From the NCBI RefSeq assembly GCF_009834535.1, contig NC_045697.1:59832001-59896000 (forward strand): 64,000 nt of DNA, read 5' to 3'. The position numbers and the translations under genes were made by a program. The notes beneath the pieces were generated by a model that saw nothing but the letters and a program-made list of their open reading frames with translations, ran no database searches and was not told the DNA's origin. This document shows, piece after piece, positions 59,401-64,000 of the stretch. Numbering within the stretch: the first letter of the stretch is position 1; each line of letters opens with the position of its first letter. The stretch is from Camelus ferus (Eukaryota).

Positions 59401-62400
59401 TGTACATACAGATTTTTATATTTGCCCTGTTGCATATCATTTCCTTCTTCTCTTTACATTCATGGAACAGGTAACTCATTAGTCACCCAGTCTACGTACA
59501 TAAAATGTTTGGCTGAAATTCTTGGCTCTGATGTGACAGGACCAAGTGAAAGGGAGGTTGAACTTTTTTTATTTACATGCATTTTTCTTACCATTAAATT
59601 CATTTTTTTTTTGCATAGTTAGAATAAAGACATTAAATATTAGAAAGCTTAATCATGTAAGCTACCATTGGGATAAAAGTCATCAGTAATTAGTCACATC
59701 CTTCACCACTACAGCTGAGGAATTCAAGTAAACTAGGGAATATTATTCTACCATGTTTAGAAAGTTTAAAACCTTAGGCCTTAGTATGTAGCTTACTTCA
59801 AGAATTTCACTCCATTGTTTTCAATGAATTTAAATCCCTACTGGTTTCAGGCTTCATAAGTGCAAGTCCATCTTTACAGGTGCTTCTTAGAATTAATTGC
59901 TATTTTATAGGTAATAACCATTTATATAATTAGATTAGGAAAGTTAGCAATTTTAAAAATGGCTGGAATTGAGTGGCATTATAAAGATTGACACTGCCAT
60001 CATGCTTCTTAAATTTTCTTAAACCTCTTTAAGGAGTTGGGAAAAAAGTTACTAAAACAGTAGTCTATTTTCAAAGAATTTCAGCTTTAAGATAAGTCCA
60101 GTAGAATCTTACTTTGTAATTTCCTGATAATTCACCACTGTATCACATATGCTGGAACTGCTTCTTTTCAAGGAAATCAATGATATAGATTAGTACTGTG
60201 ATTTTATTTCTTTGAGGAGTTAATTGATGGGCACAGTATACAGTAATAGCAGGCCTGTCTGCCTCTGTGCTGGCTCCTGTCTGATGGAGATCCCCTGTTG
60301 TCTTGTCCACCTGTTCTAAATTGACATCCAAATGCTCTTTTCCCTAGGGCTTCTTTTCAAAATATTTGCTTAGAAGAAAAGTGATGCCTACTCCCAGTTT
60401 TGACATTGTAGTAATATTCTTACTGAGATCTGGGGCCATTACAACGTCCTTTCAGAGGTGATTGAACTTCCCATACACTTACTTCCAAGAGTTTACAGTT
60501 AACACACACACCTGGAAGATACAATGTGGCAAGATATTAGTTGACCTGAAGATTAATAAATAATTTATATACATATATATGTGATAAAGTGAATTAAAAT
60601 TTATTGATATATATTTTTTAATAGAAAGTGTATGAAATTATACCAACTAAAATTTCAGAGTTCTTGTACTTTTTCAAAGAGTAGACTATTTCTACGTATC
60701 TACAGATATGTAAGTACAATAGTGCACAAATAAATGAAGAGGGGACTATAATATTTAAATTTCAACAAATGAGACACCATACTAGTTAAACAGCTTAAGC
60801 TGATTTTTGTGTATAATTTGTACTGAATTTTTGCATCCATTTTTATCAGGCTGAACATTTTCTTTTTAAAACTGAAGACAGAAATAACACTGAGATAAGT
60901 AGACTTTATGGATCTAGCAATATTTTATATAAAATATATAGATAGATTATTTATATATATTCATGATATATACAATTATTTATTTTTAGCCAATCACATA
61001 AAATATTGTTTTAGCAATTCAATTAATTCTTTGCCAGTCACTTTGGGATATCAAATTTACCTTGCCCTGTATTTTGTAGGCTATGACCTTTATTCACAGG
61101 GAAGATCAGTTTCACATAAAATTGAAATATATAGCCAAATATAGAGAATGACTAAGGAAATAAGAATTTCCCCAAATATGTTAAAGTGTCATCCTCACTA
61201 ATGTACAAGGTGCCAGAAATCACAACCTTTAGTTATTTATCTAAAGAACAATCTACTGAAAAAACTTCGAACGTCAAAGATATAATAAAACAGGGTTTAG
61301 TGCTATACATTAAGTTATTAGTGGTCATTCTTGAATAAGAAGGTATAAGTGATCAGACTGTCAAGCTAACAGTCCACCTAAAGTATAAGAGAAGGCCATT
61401 TTAATGGTAATTTTAAATTGCTTGAAAATAGGAAAGGAGAGATGTTACAGTGGAATATCAAGGGTAAACAGAAAGCAGAATGAGGTCTTTGTTGGTAGTT
61501 TTAATGAAAAGAAAGTCAGTGTTGACTAAGCAAGATGACTTTTTATTTACTACCTGATATAGGACACAGTTCAAGCTCCTTAATTTGGAGTACAGGGCCC
61601 TCTATAATATTATTCTTTCTGGCTTTCCATTAGTAGAAGAGCACCAGGGAATCTACATCTTAACCTAATTTGTTATACCTCTCTCCCAACTTCAATTAGA
61701 GGGGAGTTAATTCTTGCACTAGGAGTAGATATTTCCATGAGAAAATGTTCATTGATTATCTTCCTTCAATTATATATTCTAAATAAGATTTCTTTAATAA
61801 TCTTGCAGAACAACTGAAATAACTTAGGATTTCACAGTTTAGACAGGTGATTTTATACATCAAATTTTAGTTTATTACATTAATTTTTTTGCCCCTGACT
61901 CAAGCTGTCATATACTGTATATGTTAATACATATAAATATAATTGCTTGTATTTATTAAATTTACTTATTTAATATTTCTCACTTGCATTATTGCCTTCT
62001 TTGCCTTTCCTATATTTAAGTAGTCATTCTTACTCATTACCTCAAGAAAAGAATATGAGAGAAAAAAGTGAGTCACTTTTGAAACTTTAATTTTCAAAAG
62101 TCTATACCCAAAAGGGAATAAAGAGGATATAAAATTTGGGGGAAAAAAATTAAGAGCAAGGATGCTGTGACTCCTGGCAAGGAACTCCCTCCCCGTGCTT
62201 CTTCCCCATAACCTAGAGGGAAATAGGATTCCCTGAGCAGAAACAAAGTAGAGTGAAGCAAGTGGTACTGAATGTTAGAGAAAGGGGCTCTGTGCTCTTT
62301 TCTTTGGCCAAATCCCAGGTAAATTTTTGATATTCAAGCATAAAAGAAACCTGTTTCTCATTTCCTGTGAAGAGCCCTTGGGAGATGGTAGGAATGCAGA

Positions 62401-63367
62401 GACCAGAAAAGAATGTGTAATGTCTCTCACCATATAAGACCTAAAAAGATTCAGAGACTATCCCAAAACTTGGTCTGGAGAACTCTTTAAAATAGTCATT
62501 TGTACACAAGTAATAAGAACCAACAAAAACAATGGTCATCTTAGGAGATGCTAGCATATACACTATCAATTGGACAATTATCTAGTGAACCTCTATTAGG
62601 TGCCAAATCTTTATAGACAATGAGGCACAGCAGCAGTGATCAATGCACTTGAAATCCCTGCCTTTGCAGAAATTACATTCTGTTGACAGCTGGGTGGCAT
62701 TAAGAACCAGATATTCATATGCAACTCCTCAGCACATTGAAAAGCTTCCAGAACTTGAATTGAACTCTCAGGGAAATGACAGTCTATGTAAGTGAACACA
62801 AAGAATGGACTATGATGAAAATATTGACAATTAAATTGTTACAGAAAATCAAGTAAAATTTTAATTCATTAAATACCTGGGTTTCTGGAGTGGGTATTGT
62901 ATCTTCTGATTATATGCACTGTTGCACTAGAGAATGTTTAAAACACTTTTATTACACATTATTTTATGTTACTGTTGTTGTCGTGATCATTTCTTGAGCA
63001 CATTCAACACAGTGCACAAGATCCCAAAAATTCTCCCGAAATTAATGAACTTCTTTAACTCTTTTAAAAAATTATGAACACTAAAATATTCATTTGTATT
63101 CAATCAAAGTGAAGAGACACAGCATTGGTTCTTCAGGATCGCCCAAACCCATAAGTATTAAGTATGGTTAGCATTAAGGCACAGTACAGTGTAACAGATT
63201 CTTCCTCTATACAGATTTAGAGAAGCATAATTTTATACTTTAAACATAATTCATGTTCTGGAAAATATTTCTAATTTGGTGAGATCACATTTTATTTTCA
63301 CCATATAACTGATGTTAGTGACACTCTTTATCAAGAGTCTTATGTAATATAAAAATGACAAATTACT

Positions 63368-64000
63368 TCTTTTAACTGAGATATAATTCATGTAACATAA
63401 AATTCCCTATTTTAAGGTATACAGTTAACTGATTTTTAGTATGTATGGCAGACTGTACAACCATCACCTTTGTCTAATTCCAGAATATTTTATTACCACT
63501 GCAAAAAACAATAACAATAACAAGAACTCTGTATCAGGTAGTAGTCACTCCCGTTTCTGCCCTACCCCCAACCCCAGGAAACAACTAATTTACATTCTCT
63601 CTTGAACAGTTTGTCTACTCTGGATATTTTATATAAACTGAAACATTCAATATGTGGGCCTTTGTGACTAGCCCCTTTCACTTAGGATCTAGGTTCATCC
63701 ATGTCATGGCATGTATTAGTATTTCATTTCTTTTTATTGCATTGAATGAATTTATTCCATTGTGTTGATATGATGATTTATTTATCTATCCATCAGTTGA
63801 TGAGCACTTGCATTGTTTCCATTTTTGAGCAATTATAAATAATGCTGTTGTAAACCTCCATCTACAAGTTTTTATGTGGATATGTCTTGGGTACAGAGCT
63901 TAGAAAAGAATCTCTGGGTTATAGGACAACTGCATGTTTAACTTTTTGAGGAACAGCCAGACTGTTTTCCACAGAAGCCCGAACACTTTACATTCTTATC
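63368..64000 (-). mobile_element. L1MB-like 3' end; runs off the window end
   Basis: actgagatataattcatgtaacataaaattccc..caaccatcacc..ccagaatattttatt..aggttcatccatgt..tttaactttttgaggaacagccagactgttttcc. Confidence 0.9.

Noticed and set aside
62040..62700. Possible LTR and L2 remnants
   Set aside because: Similarity too weak to assign by eye.

Overview
AT-rich, CpG-depleted eutherian mammal DNA, intergenic or deep inside a long intron. The young L1 3'-UTRs are cetartiodactyl-type and I saw no Alu, Bov-A/tA, PRE-1, CHR or CAN SINE, so the host is probably a camelid (inference). I recognise no protein-coding gene, RNA gene or CRISPR array. Every ORF I can assign is a decayed transposon frame: L1 ORF2, or ERVL gag/pro/RT. 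About half the window is interspersed repeats of several ages: lineage-specific L1 pieces (two with clear 15-bp TSDs), older L1M elements, L2, MIR, MLT1/MLT2/LTR16-type LTRs, two ERVL internal fragments, and MER20, MER5, MER94 and Tigger DNA-transposon relics. I cannot support a new biological system. The best leads are an LTR-less ERVL gag-pro-RT segment fused to an L1 3' end (possible template-switch chimera), an L1 with two large internal deletions, a GAAA microsatellite born inside an L1 3'-UTR, and a few isolated candidate exons in unique sequence. Subfamily names come from recalled consensus motifs, and boundaries of old repeats are approximate.
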